IMG/VR virus record: IMGVR_UViG_3300037258_000301
Coordinates: 1 to 64,000 of that record
Reading direction: 5' to 3' (one strand)
Origin: a virus
DNA: 64,000 nt
Shown: one piece after another, positions 9,209-18,390 of the stretch
Layout of the letters: each line of letters starts with the position of its first letter
How positions within the stretch are numbered: position 1 is the first letter of the stretch
Translations under genes and position numbers: made by a program
Notes under the pieces: generated by a model
Told to the model about the DNA's origin: nothing
Databases searched by the model: none
What the model saw: the letters and a program-made list of their open reading frames with translations, nothing else

Positions 9209-9237
9209 TCCCCGCTCTCTCCCGAAAGGAAGATCGA

Positions 9238-9684
9238 ATGAGCATCACCCATCAGTGGTTCACCACCATGACCGAGGTGCGTGACACCTTCAACGACGAT
9301 GGCAACCATTTCTTCGACGAGTCCACCCTGCGCTTCTTCAGCTCCGAGATCGACGACGAGATCTACGGCGGCCGGGTGTTCGTGACCTCTGAGCAGCAGG
9401 AGGAGACCTATCCGCGCCTGTACACGGTGCGCGTGATCGAGTATCAGGACGAGGACAAGCACTACACGGTGGCCAGCCTCGGCTTTGGGGCTCTCGACAC
9501 TCACGAGGAGGCCCATGACGCTGCCTATCGTGCCGGTGAGCTGGCCGATAGTGGTCTGCTGCCCGGCTACTTCCAGTATGGCCAGGAAGCTGCCCTGGCC
9601 CGTGCCCTGGACATCCCGGATACTAGTGACTGTGACGGGTGGGTATTCGACCACACCACGACCCTCGGATTCCGGCAGGTCTGA
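9238..9684 (+). CDS. phage hypothetical protein (DUF7447-like)
   Basis: HFF...TLRFF.S...FVTSE...R.YTVR pattern. Confidence 0.65.
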   Translation: MSITHQWFTTMTEVRDTFNDDGNHFFDESTLRFFSSEIDDEIYGGRVFVTSEQQEETYPRLYTVRVIEYQDEDKHYTVASLGFGALDTHEEAHDAAYRAGELADSGLLPGYFQYGQEAALARALDIPDTSDCDGWVFDHTTTLGFRQV

Positions 9685-9686
9685 TC

Positions 9687-9989
9687 ATGTATTTCGACGA
9701 AGAGCAGTGGCTGGCGCACTACTTCGCTACCGAGGTGTGCGCGCAATGCGGGTGGGATGCTGATCAGCATGAGGTCCGCTACGACGCCTTCGACAAGCCG
9801 CATGCCATATGCCTGGACCCGATCCCCGATCATTACTCAGATCGCCAGTTCCGACGTGAGCTGGCGCAGCGGGTCGCGATCAGCACCGGCGCGACCCGGA
9901 AGGGACGAGTGCATAACGAGATCACCGGAACCGTAGGTGGCCCCATCATCCAGGCCGGCACCATCGAGAATGGCATCACCTTCAACTGA
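9687..9989 (+). CDS. hypothetical protein
   Basis: TGATCATG junction; CxxC...H. Confidence 0.7.
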   Translation: MYFDEEQWLAHYFATEVCAQCGWDADQHEVRYDAFDKPHAICLDPIPDHYSDRQFRRELAQRVAISTGATRKGRVHNEITGTVGGPIIQAGTIENGITFN

Positions 9990-9999
9990 GGAGCAGATC

Positions 10000-10251
10000 A
10001 TGGGACGGACCGCACGGACCGAGGAGCCACGGATCACGGCCCCTCCGCAGCCCTACGAGTTGGCCACCTTGCTCGTCATGCTGCGCAAGGTCCGCGACAC
10101 CGTCATCCTTGGTGAGATGTTCACCGACGATCTGACCAACGTGATCGCGGACCTGGAGCGGTACGCGCAGCAGATCAACAACTGCTCGCACATCGAACCC
10201 CACAACCGACACTGGTGTGGCCACCCGTTGTGTCCGGAAGGTTCCTCATGA
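10000..10251 (+). CDS. hypothetical protein
   Basis: GAGGAG RBS. Confidence 0.7.
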   Translation: MGRTARTEEPRITAPPQPYELATLLVMLRKVRDTVILGEMFTDDLTNVIADLERYAQQINNCSHIEPHNRHWCGHPLCPEGSS

Positions 10252-10586
10252 ACGATGCTCACCCCGGTGGCATGCCGAACATCGGCGGGCCGCCGGGGCT
10301 GGGTCAGCAGGTGCACCGCTACGCCCCGCTGGCCGAAGCCACGCTTCAGCTCGTGGTGGACGCGATCGACGAACTCGCGCACGCTCAGCCGGGTCATATG
10401 GCGGTCGTGGTGACCACCCTGCCGGCTCAGGAGGGGCAGCGCATGCAGTCCCGCCGGGTGAAGGGTTCCTACCACGTGCTGGCTTATGCCGTGTGGTCCA
10501 CCGGTGATATCACGCCGATCATCTGGGGTGATCTCGGCCCCCTCACCATCCCGGCCAATATTCCTCAGGATTGGACATTGATATGA
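10248..10586 (+). CDS. hypothetical protein
   Basis: ATGA overlap. Confidence 0.7.
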   Translation: MNDAHPGGMPNIGGPPGLGQQVHRYAPLAEATLQLVVDAIDELAHAQPGHMAVVVTTLPAQEGQRMQSRRVKGSYHVLAYAVWSTGDITPIIWGDLGPLTIPANIPQDWTLI

Positions 10587-10777
10587 GCACACTGGGTTCG
10601 ATCAGCACGCGGTACATCGATCAGCTGCGGCGCGCCGCTGAGGTAACGGATAGTCCTGAGCATCGCGAGTGGTTCACCACGGTTGCTGATGATCTGGAAG
10701 CGCGGCGTCCGGTGCGCAACCTTGATGAGGTCATGCGGTTCGTCAAGGAGAATCAGGAGGGTTCGACTCCCTCCTGA
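10583..10777 (+). CDS. hypothetical protein
   Basis: ATGA overlap. Confidence 0.65.
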   Translation: MSTLGSISTRYIDQLRRAAEVTDSPEHREWFTTVADDLEARRPVRNLDEVMRFVKENQEGSTPS

Positions 10778-10781
10778 TCCA
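10750..10781 (+). ncRNA. tRNA minihelix-like hairpin (acceptor-like stem stacked on T-arm)
   Basis: GAATCAG-GAGGG-TTCGACT-CCCTC-CTGATCC-A. Confidence 0.45.
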
Positions 10782-10857
10782 CAGAGTGACCACCATCCGG
10801 TCAACCCGGACTGGGGTTGGCGCTCTTGCGGTTGCCAGATCCCTCAAGCTGGATGGA

Positions 10858-10924
10858 GTGCTGTAGCTCAACGGCAGAGCGAGGACCGCAAGTCCACACG
10901 TCAGGTTCGACTCCTGACCAGCAC
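10858..10924 (+). tRNA. atypical tRNA-like element, GCA (Cys) at anticodon position
   Basis: GTGCTG/CAGCAC acceptor, TAGCTCAACGGCAGAGC D-arm, TCAGG-TTCGACT-CCTGA T-arm; short anticodon arm, no U33, no encoded CCA. Confidence 0.6.
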
Positions 10925-11039
10925 GCGGGCACGGGATTAGCCTTCCCTACGGATGTGAGCCCTCCAATCCGGTAACAGGTAGGTGAGTCTGATCAGCTCA
11001 TCGGTTTTCGATGGAACGTTGCCGGGTTGTTAGGCCCGC
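10925..11039 (+). ncRNA. putative multi-branch structured RNA
   Basis: GCGGGC/GCCCGC outer stem enclosing GGATT/AATCC, TAACA/TGTTA, GGTGAG/CTCATC. Confidence 0.4.
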
Positions 11040-11129
11040 TGCCTAGTCGGTGTGCAATGTCGGCACCGCGTTCAAGTCAGGCCAACGCACTACTTGATAC
11101 AACAACGAATTCGGATTGTGAGGGAGACC

Positions 11130-11435
11130 ATGACTGAGTGGTCGATGTACGGCTCGTATGACGAGAAGCGAGATCACTGGCTCGCCCTCGGCGACCGGCG
11201 CCACGTCTACTTCCACGGCTGCACGACACCGGCCCCGGTCATGGTCACCGAAGACCCCCAGGGCACGCACCTCGGCTGGATCGACAGTGACGGCACCACG
11301 CCCGTGATGATCCTGCGCAAGGAGATCTTCGAGATTCAGTTCCCCTACGGCAGCAGAGCGGAAGTGGAGCGCGGCGCAGGCCGTGTCGTGCAGCTCTCGA
11401 TCCGGCTGAAAGAGGACGACGGTGGGCGCGGCTGA
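11130..11435 (+). CDS. hypothetical protein
   Basis: GGGAG RBS. Confidence 0.7.
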   Translation: MTEWSMYGSYDEKRDHWLALGDRRHVYFHGCTTPAPVMVTEDPQGTHLGWIDSDGTTPVMILRKEIFEIQFPYGSRAEVERGAGRVVQLSIRLKEDDGGRG

Positions 11436-11853
11436 AATCTTGGACATCCAGGCAACGATGCTGGATCGGCTGACCCCACTCTCAGGAATATGTCGCATAC
11501 ACCGAAAGGCAATGATCATGAAATCCATGCCCCCCACCACCACGATCCGCGCCGATGAGGTCACGGTGGCCATGACCGTGTATCGCAACGAGACCCTGGA
11601 GAACTGCCGGCGTACTGGAGAGGTTGTCGCCAGTGTGTCGACCAGCATCGAGGGTAGCGACGGGCCCGTCGTGCTCATCCGCACCGAGCAGCGTCCGGAC
11701 TGGTCCTGGTCCCTGTATCCGCATGAACTCGTTCTGATCGACGCCGCGACGGCACGATAGAAATACACCACACACTCGATCCGGCTGAAGGAGGTCATGA
11801 TGAGCGCTGCGGAAGTCCTGGACATCCAGGCAACGATGCTGGATCGGTTGACC
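11396..11853 (+). repeat. about 80-bp imperfect direct repeat (11396-11475, 11775-11853) with identical 29-bp core
   Basis: TGGACATCCAGGCAACGATGCTGGATCGG at 11441-11469 and 11819-11847. Confidence 0.9.
11422..11760 (+). CDS. hypothetical protein (may start at 11518)
   Basis: N-terminus duplicates next gene; TGATCATG at 11513. Confidence 0.6.
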   Translation: MGAAEILDIQATMLDRLTPLSGICRIHRKAMIMKSMPPTTTIRADEVTVAMTVYRNETLENCRRTGEVVASVSTSIEGSDGPVVLIRTEQRPDWSWSLYPHELVLIDAATAR

Positions 11854-12798
11854 ACCTCCGGATCGAAGTTCTCCGAGTTGATTGCTCGGCAGAGCACCTA
11901 CCGGCAGGACGGCACCCGTACGACCTTGGAAGATGGGTTCGCCGCGACCAATGACGTCACGGTGTTGCTGTCGATGGCCGAGGCGTATCACGTCAGCAAG
12001 GACATGACGCCGCTGATCCGGTGGGCGGCCTCCCAGCTGGACGAGACCGACCACTTCACCCGAGAGATGGCCCCGTCGGAATACGGCTTCGTTCGTTTCG
12101 AGGAGCCGTTGGTCATGCACGACGCGCGCGGCAAGATCATGAAGGCCAATCTGCTGCTGTGGGGACCGCGTCCGATCGAAGACGCCCTCGGCAAGCGCAA
12201 CGTGGTGATCTTCTACTACTTCAACGACCTGAACGATCCTGACGACTACACCGAGGAGCTGTTCGAGGACACTCCTCGTCACGAACTCGTGACTATGTTC
12301 AACCGTTACATGCTCTCGGGGTTCGAGCACGCCGACGAGCACATGCGGTTGGGACCGGCCATGGTGATGCCCAGCGAGAAGGTACTCAGGTGGCTGACCG
12401 ATGACGGCGCCACCCCCTCCGAGTACACCAACATGCTGCGCCAGTTCTACGCCTTCTGGTTGCTCACCCAGCAGACGATCGCTCGCCGGGAAGACGCGGA
12501 TGTGCCTCGGCCGTTCGCGCGTCGAGCCAAGCGCATGGGGCTGCCCCCGAGGGTCTCCGTCATCCACCTGCGGCATGAGTCCGCCCCCGGTGAGGGTCTC
12601 GGTGAGACGGATGTGCGGTGGTCGCACCGGTGGCTCGTGCGGAGTACCTGGCAGTGGCGGGCCTGCGGACAGGATCATCCTTACGCACAGCCCTACGAGA
12701 AGGGCTGGCACTGCCGGACCTGGGTGGCCGCCCACGTCAAGGGGCCGAAGGGTCTGCCGCTCGTGCAGTCGACCAAGGTCTACTCGCTGGACCGGTAG
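11797..12798 (+). CDS. actinophage hypothetical protein
   Basis: AAGGAGG RBS; C-terminal HRWLVR...WV..HVKGP motif. Confidence 0.8.
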   Translation: MMSAAEVLDIQATMLDRLTTSGSKFSELIARQSTYRQDGTRTTLEDGFAATNDVTVLLSMAEAYHVSKDMTPLIRWAASQLDETDHFTREMAPSEYGFVRFEEPLVMHDARGKIMKANLLLWGPRPIEDALGKRNVVIFYYFNDLNDPDDYTEELFEDTPRHELVTMFNRYMLSGFEHADEHMRLGPAMVMPSEKVLRWLTDDGATPSEYTNMLRQFYAFWLLTQQTIARREDADVPRPFARRAKRMGLPPRVSVIHLRHESAPGEGLGETDVRWSHRWLVRSTWQWRACGQDHPYAQPYEKGWHCRTWVAAHVKGPKGLPLVQSTKVYSLDR

Positions 12799-12828
12799 TT
12801 CGATGGAGTGTAGTAGCGCCCTGACTCC

Positions 12829-12876
12829 TTGGTGATGTCAGGGCCTCGCGGTAGAGTCGCGCATGTCACCAGCTCT
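12829..12876 (+). promoter_or_regulatory. repeated early promoter (TTGGTG-N17-TAGAGT...GTCACC)
   Basis: Copy of motif. Confidence 0.8.
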
Positions 12877-12892
12877 ACCGGCAGGAGTGCTC

Positions 12893-13282
12893 ATGAACGA
12901 CATCGACGTACCCTCGTGGCTTGTCAAAGGCGCCGAGGTGTTGGCCTACACGGAGACGTATTCAGATGGCCGCTATCGCCATCCCGTGATCACCAAAATC
13001 AAGAAGATCTCCACCCGCTCTTTCACCCTGGAAGCCGAGGACGAGCCGCGCTACTCCCTGATCGACTGTTCATGCACCCAACGCGACAGCTGGTCGGCCG
13101 GTACCCGCTACGTCGTGCCCCTGACCAGCGATCAGGCCCGGTATGAGATCCGCCGTGAGAAGGAGCGCAGCCAGATGAAGCTGACCCGTTACGCGGTCGA
13201 GGTGTGGCGACGAAGCCCCACCGGAGAGAACCGATTGGCTGCCATCGCCGCACTTCAGGCCATCGAGAACGACCAAGCCTGA
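12893..13282 (+). CDS. hypothetical protein
   Basis: AGGAG RBS after promoter. Confidence 0.75.
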   Translation: MNDIDVPSWLVKGAEVLAYTETYSDGRYRHPVITKIKKISTRSFTLEAEDEPRYSLIDCSCTQRDSWSAGTRYVVPLTSDQARYEIRREKERSQMKLTRYAVEVWRRSPTGENRLAAIAALQAIENDQA

Positions 13283-13341
13283 TCGTCATATGGTTCCTGC
13301 GTCACCACTTCCATCATCCTTCTCACATTCGGGAGTCAATC

Positions 13342-13569
13342 ATGTCCGATCACCTGCGCGTCACGACCAGCGACCGAGGCTTCACATCGCTGCCCCCCAT
13401 CCTCGACGAGTACGGCGGCACGGCGACGGTGTACGAGTCCTCGGCCGCCAGTGCTCCGCACATCTGGCTCAACGTCAAGGGTTCCGGCAGGTTGCACCTG
13501 ACCGTCGAGAGCGCCCAGCAGTTGGCTGAGCAGCTCATGTACCTCGTGCAGAACCACTACCAGAACTGA
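13342..13569 (+). CDS. actinophage hypothetical protein
   Basis: YGG..VYESSAA..PHIWL motif. Confidence 0.75.
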   Translation: MSDHLRVTTSDRGFTSLPPILDEYGGTATVYESSAASAPHIWLNVKGSGRLHLTVESAQQLAEQLMYLVQNHYQN

Positions 13570-13572
13570 GGC

Positions 13573-13788
13573 GTGATGACGAAGATCCGGATCACCGCGA
13601 CCATCGTGTACGAGAACGAGATGCCCGACTCGGACTTCGCCGAGGCCGGCTACGAAGACGCCACCACGCTCGACGAGGCAATCGCCCTGGAGAAGGAGTG
13701 GCTGGCCGAAGATGGCGACTACCTCTTCCAGGGATTGACGGCCACCCCCAGCACCGTGACCATCCAGATCGACAAGATCGGAACCTGA
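13573..13788 (+). CDS. hypothetical protein
   Basis: GAGG RBS, TGATG overlap. Confidence 0.65.
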   Translation: MMTKIRITATIVYENEMPDSDFAEAGYEDATTLDEAIALEKEWLAEDGDYLFQGLTATPSTVTIQIDKIGT

Positions 13789-14567
13789 TGCAAGGCGTCA
13801 ACCATGCCGTCTCCGGATTGGCCGTCGGGCTGGCCACCGCGCCGTTGCTGGGGATGCACACCCTGCCGGCCGCCATCCCCTACGCGGTCATGCTCGCCGG
13901 GTTCGCGCTGTCCAACGATCTGGACTGCGACCATGCCAAGGCGTCTACCGCGTTGGGACCGGTCTCGGAGTTCCTGTCCTGGTTTCTGCGGCATCTCTCC
14001 GCGTTCTCCTTCAAGCTGACCGCCGGGCCCCGCGACAAGCCCTCGGCGGGCACCCACCGGCACTTGACCCACACTCTGGCCTTCGCGGCCTCTGCGGGGG
14101 TCCTGGCTTGGTTTACGGGGCGACTGAGTCTGTGGGCCGTCTTCGGGTGGCTGGTGTTCGGGGTGTTCAGTGCCTGTGCTGCCCTAACGCTCAAGGCCGA
14201 GGGCAAGCCGCCCCGTCGTACCGCCCGCGCCTTGTTGGGGGTGTTCGCGGTGACCCTGTTCGGTCCGGCCATGTTCAGTGCCAGTGCAGTGTCCTGGGGT
14301 GCGGCCGAGACCGCCCTGGTCAGCGCTCAGCACTGGTTGCCGGTCGCGGTGGGCCTGGGCTGTCTCGTGCACCTGATCGGGGACGCCATGACGGTCTCCG
14401 GGGTGCCGGCCTTCTGGCCGCTGCACCTGCGTCAAGGTCAAGCCTGGTTCTGCGTGCACCTGCTGCCCTATCGGATCCGCCTGCACACCGGCAAGCGTTT
14501 CGAGCAGTGGATCGTGCACCCGCTGTTCCTACTCGGTGTCGCCGGCACCGCGTTCATCCTGCTGTGA
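13788..14567 (+). CDS. membrane-bound metal-dependent hydrolase (YdjM-like)
   Basis: N-terminal H, DLD, HRHLTHTL, HLIGDAMTVSGVP motifs; multiple TM helices. Confidence 0.8.
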   Translation: MQGVNHAVSGLAVGLATAPLLGMHTLPAAIPYAVMLAGFALSNDLDCDHAKASTALGPVSEFLSWFLRHLSAFSFKLTAGPRDKPSAGTHRHLTHTLAFAASAGVLAWFTGRLSLWAVFGWLVFGVFSACAALTLKAEGKPPRRTARALLGVFAVTLFGPAMFSASAVSWGAAETALVSAQHWLPVAVGLGCLVHLIGDAMTVSGVPAFWPLHLRQGQAWFCVHLLPYRIRLHTGKRFEQWIVHPLFLLGVAGTAFILL

Positions 14568-14578
14568 GGAGACTCGAT

Positions 14579-14908
14579 ATGTCTGAAACTTTCAAGATTG
14601 TCACTATCTGTGGATCGATGCGTTTCTACGACACCATGGTCAAGGTCGCGGAGCAGGAGACTGCGGCTGGCCACATTGTGCTGATGCCGTTCTGCGCCAT
14701 CGACTCAGACGAGCAGAACGGTTACTTGAAGTCGATGCTCGACCGAATGCACTTCGCCAAGATCGATATGTGTGATCACATCATTGTGGTGACCGACGAG
14801 AACGGCTACGTCGGTACCAGCACCCGCCGGGAGATGGCCTACGCCATCAAGAACGGCAAGCTGCTCGACGGAACCCTTGACGTCCGCGACATCGCTCCGC
14901 TGATTTAA
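14579..14908 (+). CDS. nucleoside 2-deoxyribosyltransferase-like protein
   Basis: TICGSMRF...KID.CD.I.V...GYVG.ST..E..YA...GK. Confidence 0.65.
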   Translation: MSETFKIVTICGSMRFYDTMVKVAEQETAAGHIVLMPFCAIDSDEQNGYLKSMLDRMHFAKIDMCDHIIVVTDENGYVGTSTRREMAYAIKNGKLLDGTLDVRDIAPLI

Positions 14909-15087
14909 GGAGAGTCGATGAGTGACATGACTCCCGACCAGATCGCTCGTGAACTACGTACAGAGGCGGCACAAGCTTCTCGGCCCGGTCAAATGGATCG
15001 TCTGGAGCGCCTCGCCGATGCCGTGTTGGCCTTGGTCGAGAAGCCTCAACTCGACGTTCCTGACTTCTCGGCGACTCCGGATCAGCT

Positions 15088-15465
15088 ATGACTGATCTCG
15101 GGGAACCCACGATCGAGCGACTCAAGACCGTCCAGGCTCAGTTGGGCATGACGGATACTCACCTGTGCTGGCTCGGTGAACGCACCTTCGTCCTAGCCCA
15201 CACCGACGAGGAGCGCGCCACCATCGATCTGGAGGACTGCGAGCTGCATCAGTGGCTGATCGACTGCACCGCAGCTCCGGCGGTGGCGGGCTACTACAGC
15301 GTCGAACCGCATATTCCCGACCTCGACAGCGAACCCTATGGGGTCGCTCCGTGGCAGTTCCTGAGCATGAGCCGCATGGATCGGGGCCCGTGGCTGGCCG
15401 GCGACGGTCAGTCCTGGGTCTACACCGGCACGCCGGACTGGCGGGCAGATGGTGAGGAGTCATGA
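15088..15465 (+). CDS. hypothetical protein
   Basis: ORF track; overlaps next gene. Confidence 0.65.
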   Translation: MTDLGEPTIERLKTVQAQLGMTDTHLCWLGERTFVLAHTDEERATIDLEDCELHQWLIDCTAAPAVAGYYSVEPHIPDLDSEPYGVAPWQFLSMSRMDRGPWLAGDGQSWVYTGTPDWRADGEES

Positions 15466-16064
15466 CTGACGCCGAGCGGCTGGTGGCGTTCATCAACGCG
15501 CGCCTGGATGAGGATGAGCAGACCGCGTCCATGGCGACCGACGGCCCGTGGGTGGCCCGCAGCACCGAGGTCGGGTGGTGTGTCGACGTCGACCCCATCA
15601 CCCGAGGCATCTACGTGTTCGGCCCAAGCGATACCCCCGCCGTGGATATCTGGCATGTGGCCCGCCAGAACCCTCTGCGGATCCTGCGCGGGGTCGCGGC
15701 CAAGCGCGGGATCATCCAGGACTGGCTCGGCGAGAACGCCCCCTCCTACCCCAGTCTCAGTGACGATGAACTACACATCGCCCGTAGGCATCCGGCCTAC
15801 GAGTATGCGACCACCGAGGGACAACGCAAGGCGTGGGACTACTCCCACGTGCCGCCCGAAGGTGACGGGTGGGAACGCAACATCACCAGCGACGACGACG
15901 AGGGGTGGGAGCGCTTCTCCTACACCGAGGAGTCCTACTGGCGCCGGCTTCGCCCGCAAGGCCCTCGGGTGTGGAATCCACCCACGCCGCGTCACCTTCA
16001 ACGGCTGGCTTCGGAATGGTCGGATCATCCCGACTTCGAGGAGGAGTGGAGTATCGATGAGTGA
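15462..16064 (+). CDS. DUF6221-like actinophage protein
   Basis: FINARLDEDE...HVARQNPLRILR.V.AKR...LA.EW.DHPDFEEEW. Confidence 0.75.
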   Translation: MTDAERLVAFINARLDEDEQTASMATDGPWVARSTEVGWCVDVDPITRGIYVFGPSDTPAVDIWHVARQNPLRILRGVAAKRGIIQDWLGENAPSYPSLSDDELHIARRHPAYEYATTEGQRKAWDYSHVPPEGDGWERNITSDDDEGWERFSYTEESYWRRLRPQGPRVWNPPTPRHLQRLASEWSDHPDFEEEWSIDE

Positions 16065-16302
16065 TCCACTGGAGTTACTCGACGCCTACGCCGGATCGAC
16101 GGTTTACCTCGAAGGGCACGGTGAATACTCGGCCGACAGGCTGACTCCGGCGGCGTTCGCCGCCCTCCGCGCGGTACTGGCCTATCACGACGAGAGCCGA
16201 CATGAGCCCGTGTGCGTCAACTGCTACGACGAGTTCGGCAACTACCGGCTGTGGCCGTGCCCCACGGTCAAGCGCATCCTCAAGGCCCTGGAGGGGGCAT
16301 GA
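16057..16302 (+). CDS. small Cys-containing phage protein
   Basis: CxxC...WPCPTV motif. Confidence 0.7.
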   Translation: MSDPLELLDAYAGSTVYLEGHGEYSADRLTPAAFAALRAVLAYHDESRHEPVCVNCYDEFGNYRLWPCPTVKRILKALEGA

Positions 16303-16369
16303 CGGTCAATATCACGTCTGGGTTCGGGTGATGCGGCTCGGCTAGCAGCTGCCCGCTCATCCTTATCTA

Positions 16370-16399
16370 CACCCCATCGGGACCACCCCCGGTGGGGTG
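16370..16399. terminator. hairpin between convergent genes
   Basis: CACCCCATCGG...CCGGTGGGGTG. Confidence 0.55.
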
Positions 16400-16414
16400 T
16401 TGTCGTGTGCAGCC

Positions 16415-17296
16415 CTATGCCGCCCGTGGGTACTGGTAGGGGGCTGAGTCGTGATAGGACTCCCCATGAGTTTCCCGCTCGGTGAGCATGGCCTTGAACG
16501 TGACCAGCTGCTCGTCGGTGAACTCCATCGCCCAGACTTCTCTGTCGTTGCGACGGGACACCCCGGTGATGATCCGTTGGCTGACCAGCCACTTCCGCTC
16601 TGACCGGGTAATGCGGTAGGTCTTTCGCTTTTCGGGTCGATCCAGGGCCGCCCGGGCGTCAGCCTCGTCGTTGTTGACGGGAGGCCCCGTGCGGGCCTCT
16701 CCCAGGATCTTGCTGGGCCGCACGTGCTTGCCTGCGGGTACGAACGTCAGGACGTCCAGCAGGGCCCCGGAGACGCTGTCGGACACGTCAATGGCTCGGG
16801 GTTGAATTCCGGCCAGGTCCAGGTTGGTGAAGATGGTGCAGCCCGGCCCCTCGGGGTCCGGGATCGGGAGGGCCCCAGCGCCGGCCTTGCGGATCCTGGC
16901 CAGTTGACGTTCCCGCTCCCAGCGGTCCTTACAGATCAGGAAGTACACGACGCCACCCAGGGCCGCGAAGTTGTCGGCCTGCTTGACTGCGATGTCACCG
17001 GCCTTACGAGGTCCACAGAACTTGCAGGCCCAGGTCCCGCAGGGTACCCAGGTTCCCTCGGGAGAGTCTTCCTCCCAGAGGTACTGCATCCGCAGGCAGC
17101 GGTCAGCGAAGTCCAAGATGGCTCGGGCCTGCTCGTGGAGGGAGACGTTCCCGGCCAGGATGGCGGCCTCGTCGATCTCCACGAGGATCTCCCACCAAGT
17201 CTTCCTCGTCCGGGGTTGACCGGTGAGGGTGGCCAGGGTTGCCATCCGGTCGTCGTAGGACAGCCAACTCCACTTCTCTGCCGTAGGAAGATCCAT
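16415..17296 (-). CDS. Rep-like protein with rolling-circle-initiator-type Zn finger (start uncertain; frame open to 17611)
   Basis: RC...PCGTWACKFC motif; no clear HUH motif. Confidence 0.45.
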   Translation of the reverse strand: MDLPTAEKWSWLSYDDRMATLATLTGQPRTRKTWWEILVEIDEAAILAGNVSLHEQARAILDFADRCLRMQYLWEEDSPEGTWVPCGTWACKFCGPRKAGDIAVKQADNFAALGGVVYFLICKDRWERERQLARIRKAGAGALPIPDPEGPGCTIFTNLDLAGIQPRAIDVSDSVSGALLDVLTFVPAGKHVRPSKILGEARTGPPVNNDEADARAALDRPEKRKTYRITRSERKWLVSQRIITGVSRRNDREVWAMEFTDEQLVTFKAMLTERETHGESYHDSAPYQYPRAA

Positions 17297-17575
17297 ATCC
17301 TTCTGACCTGCGATAACCGGTCTACTTCTAGAGAGGTTCTTCTTTACCCTTGAGGTAGGCCGGTTTGTGCTGGTCACAGACTTGTGGGAGTGCCTCAACG
17401 AAGTCCGGAGGCTGGTAGTGCCATCGTCTAGACTATGAGTTACAGTACTCATCGAACGGTTCCTTCGTGAGAGTAGGGATGGTTCACCGAACGGTTCCCT
17501 TTCCGGCGCGCGGTTGGCTCTTCGTGATGGTGGGGACAGTTCATTGAGGCTCCGTGGTAGGTGACTCAGCTTTTC

Positions 17576-17608
17576 AAGAAGGCCCGCCGTTACCAGGCGG
17601 GCCTTCTT
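17576..17608. terminator. bidirectional hairpin terminator downstream of GntR gene
   Basis: AAGAAGGCCCGCC-N7-GGCGGGCCTTCTT. Confidence 0.8.
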
Positions 17609-17637
17609 CATGTCTGGACTGATTCTGCCCTACGCGA

Positions 17638-18366
17638 TCACGGATCGCTACGAGGGGTAGTCCCCAGGGGGCTTGACCACTTCAGCACGGTTGATCCGTG
17701 GCAGACCTTGACGGCCACTTCCACCACTCGACCATCCACGAGACTGACGGTGCGCACCACCTGTGTGGCGATGACCTGACCGGTCAGTCCCAACGCCTTC
17801 TTTTCCCACGGGAGAGCAAACCGGGAAGTCACTTCCTCCAGCACTCGGTCCTGGGCGACCCCCAGTCGCTCGGCTGCGAGTTCTCGGGAGCCACCGGTCG
17901 AGGTCGGATCACCAAGTTCGGGTGTCACCGCAAACACGAACGCGGGGTAATACGAGGTCGACACGTGCACGGGCACCCCGTCACGGCTGACCACCCGCCG
18001 ACGAAGGTGAACCGGAGTTCCTGGCGCCACCTCAAGGCGGGAAGCGACGGTCTCGTCCGCGCCGACGGCCCCGATCTCCAGGATCTGGGAGATCTCTCCG
18101 AGCCCCAACGCCTTGCCGGTAGCCGCGTAGACGTCGAGGCGATTTGAGGTGTTCGAGCTGCTCGACAGCGCGACCCAGGTGCCACGGCTATCGGCTTGGG
18201 TCAGGCCCTCCATCTTGAGCACCCCGTAGGCCCGCGCCGCAGTCTTCATGGAGACCCCCCATGTCTCCATGGTGTTCTGAAGAGTCGGCATCCTCTCGCC
18301 TGGGCGCATCTCTCCGCGATGAATCTTGTCTCGGTAGTGCTCGGCGATCTCGGGATAACCGGCCAT
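17638..18366 (-). CDS. GntR/HutC-family regulator with UTRA domain (KorA/TraR-like transfer repressor)
   Basis: Y.EIA...I..GE.RPGERMPT...WGVS..TA.RAY..L..EGL wHTH plus UTRA-like C-terminus; divergent from transfer genes. Confidence 0.9.
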   Translation of the reverse strand: MAGYPEIAEHYRDKIHRGEMRPGERMPTLQNTMETWGVSMKTAARAYGVLKMEGLTQADSRGTWVALSSSSNTSNRLDVYAATGKALGLGEISQILEIGAVGADETVASRLEVAPGTPVHLRRRVVSRDGVPVHVSTSYYPAFVFAVTPELGDPTSTGGSRELAAERLGVAQDRVLEEVTSRFALPWEKKALGLTGQVIATQVVRTVSLVDGRVVEVAVKVCHGSTVLKWSSPLGTTPRSDP

Positions 18367-18390
18367 GTCGCTGATTCTCCTCTCATCAGG

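Noticed and set aside
10858-10924. Canonical functional tRNA-Cys
   Set aside because: 6-bp acceptor, weak anticodon stem, C at position 33, no CCA; kept only as tRNA-like
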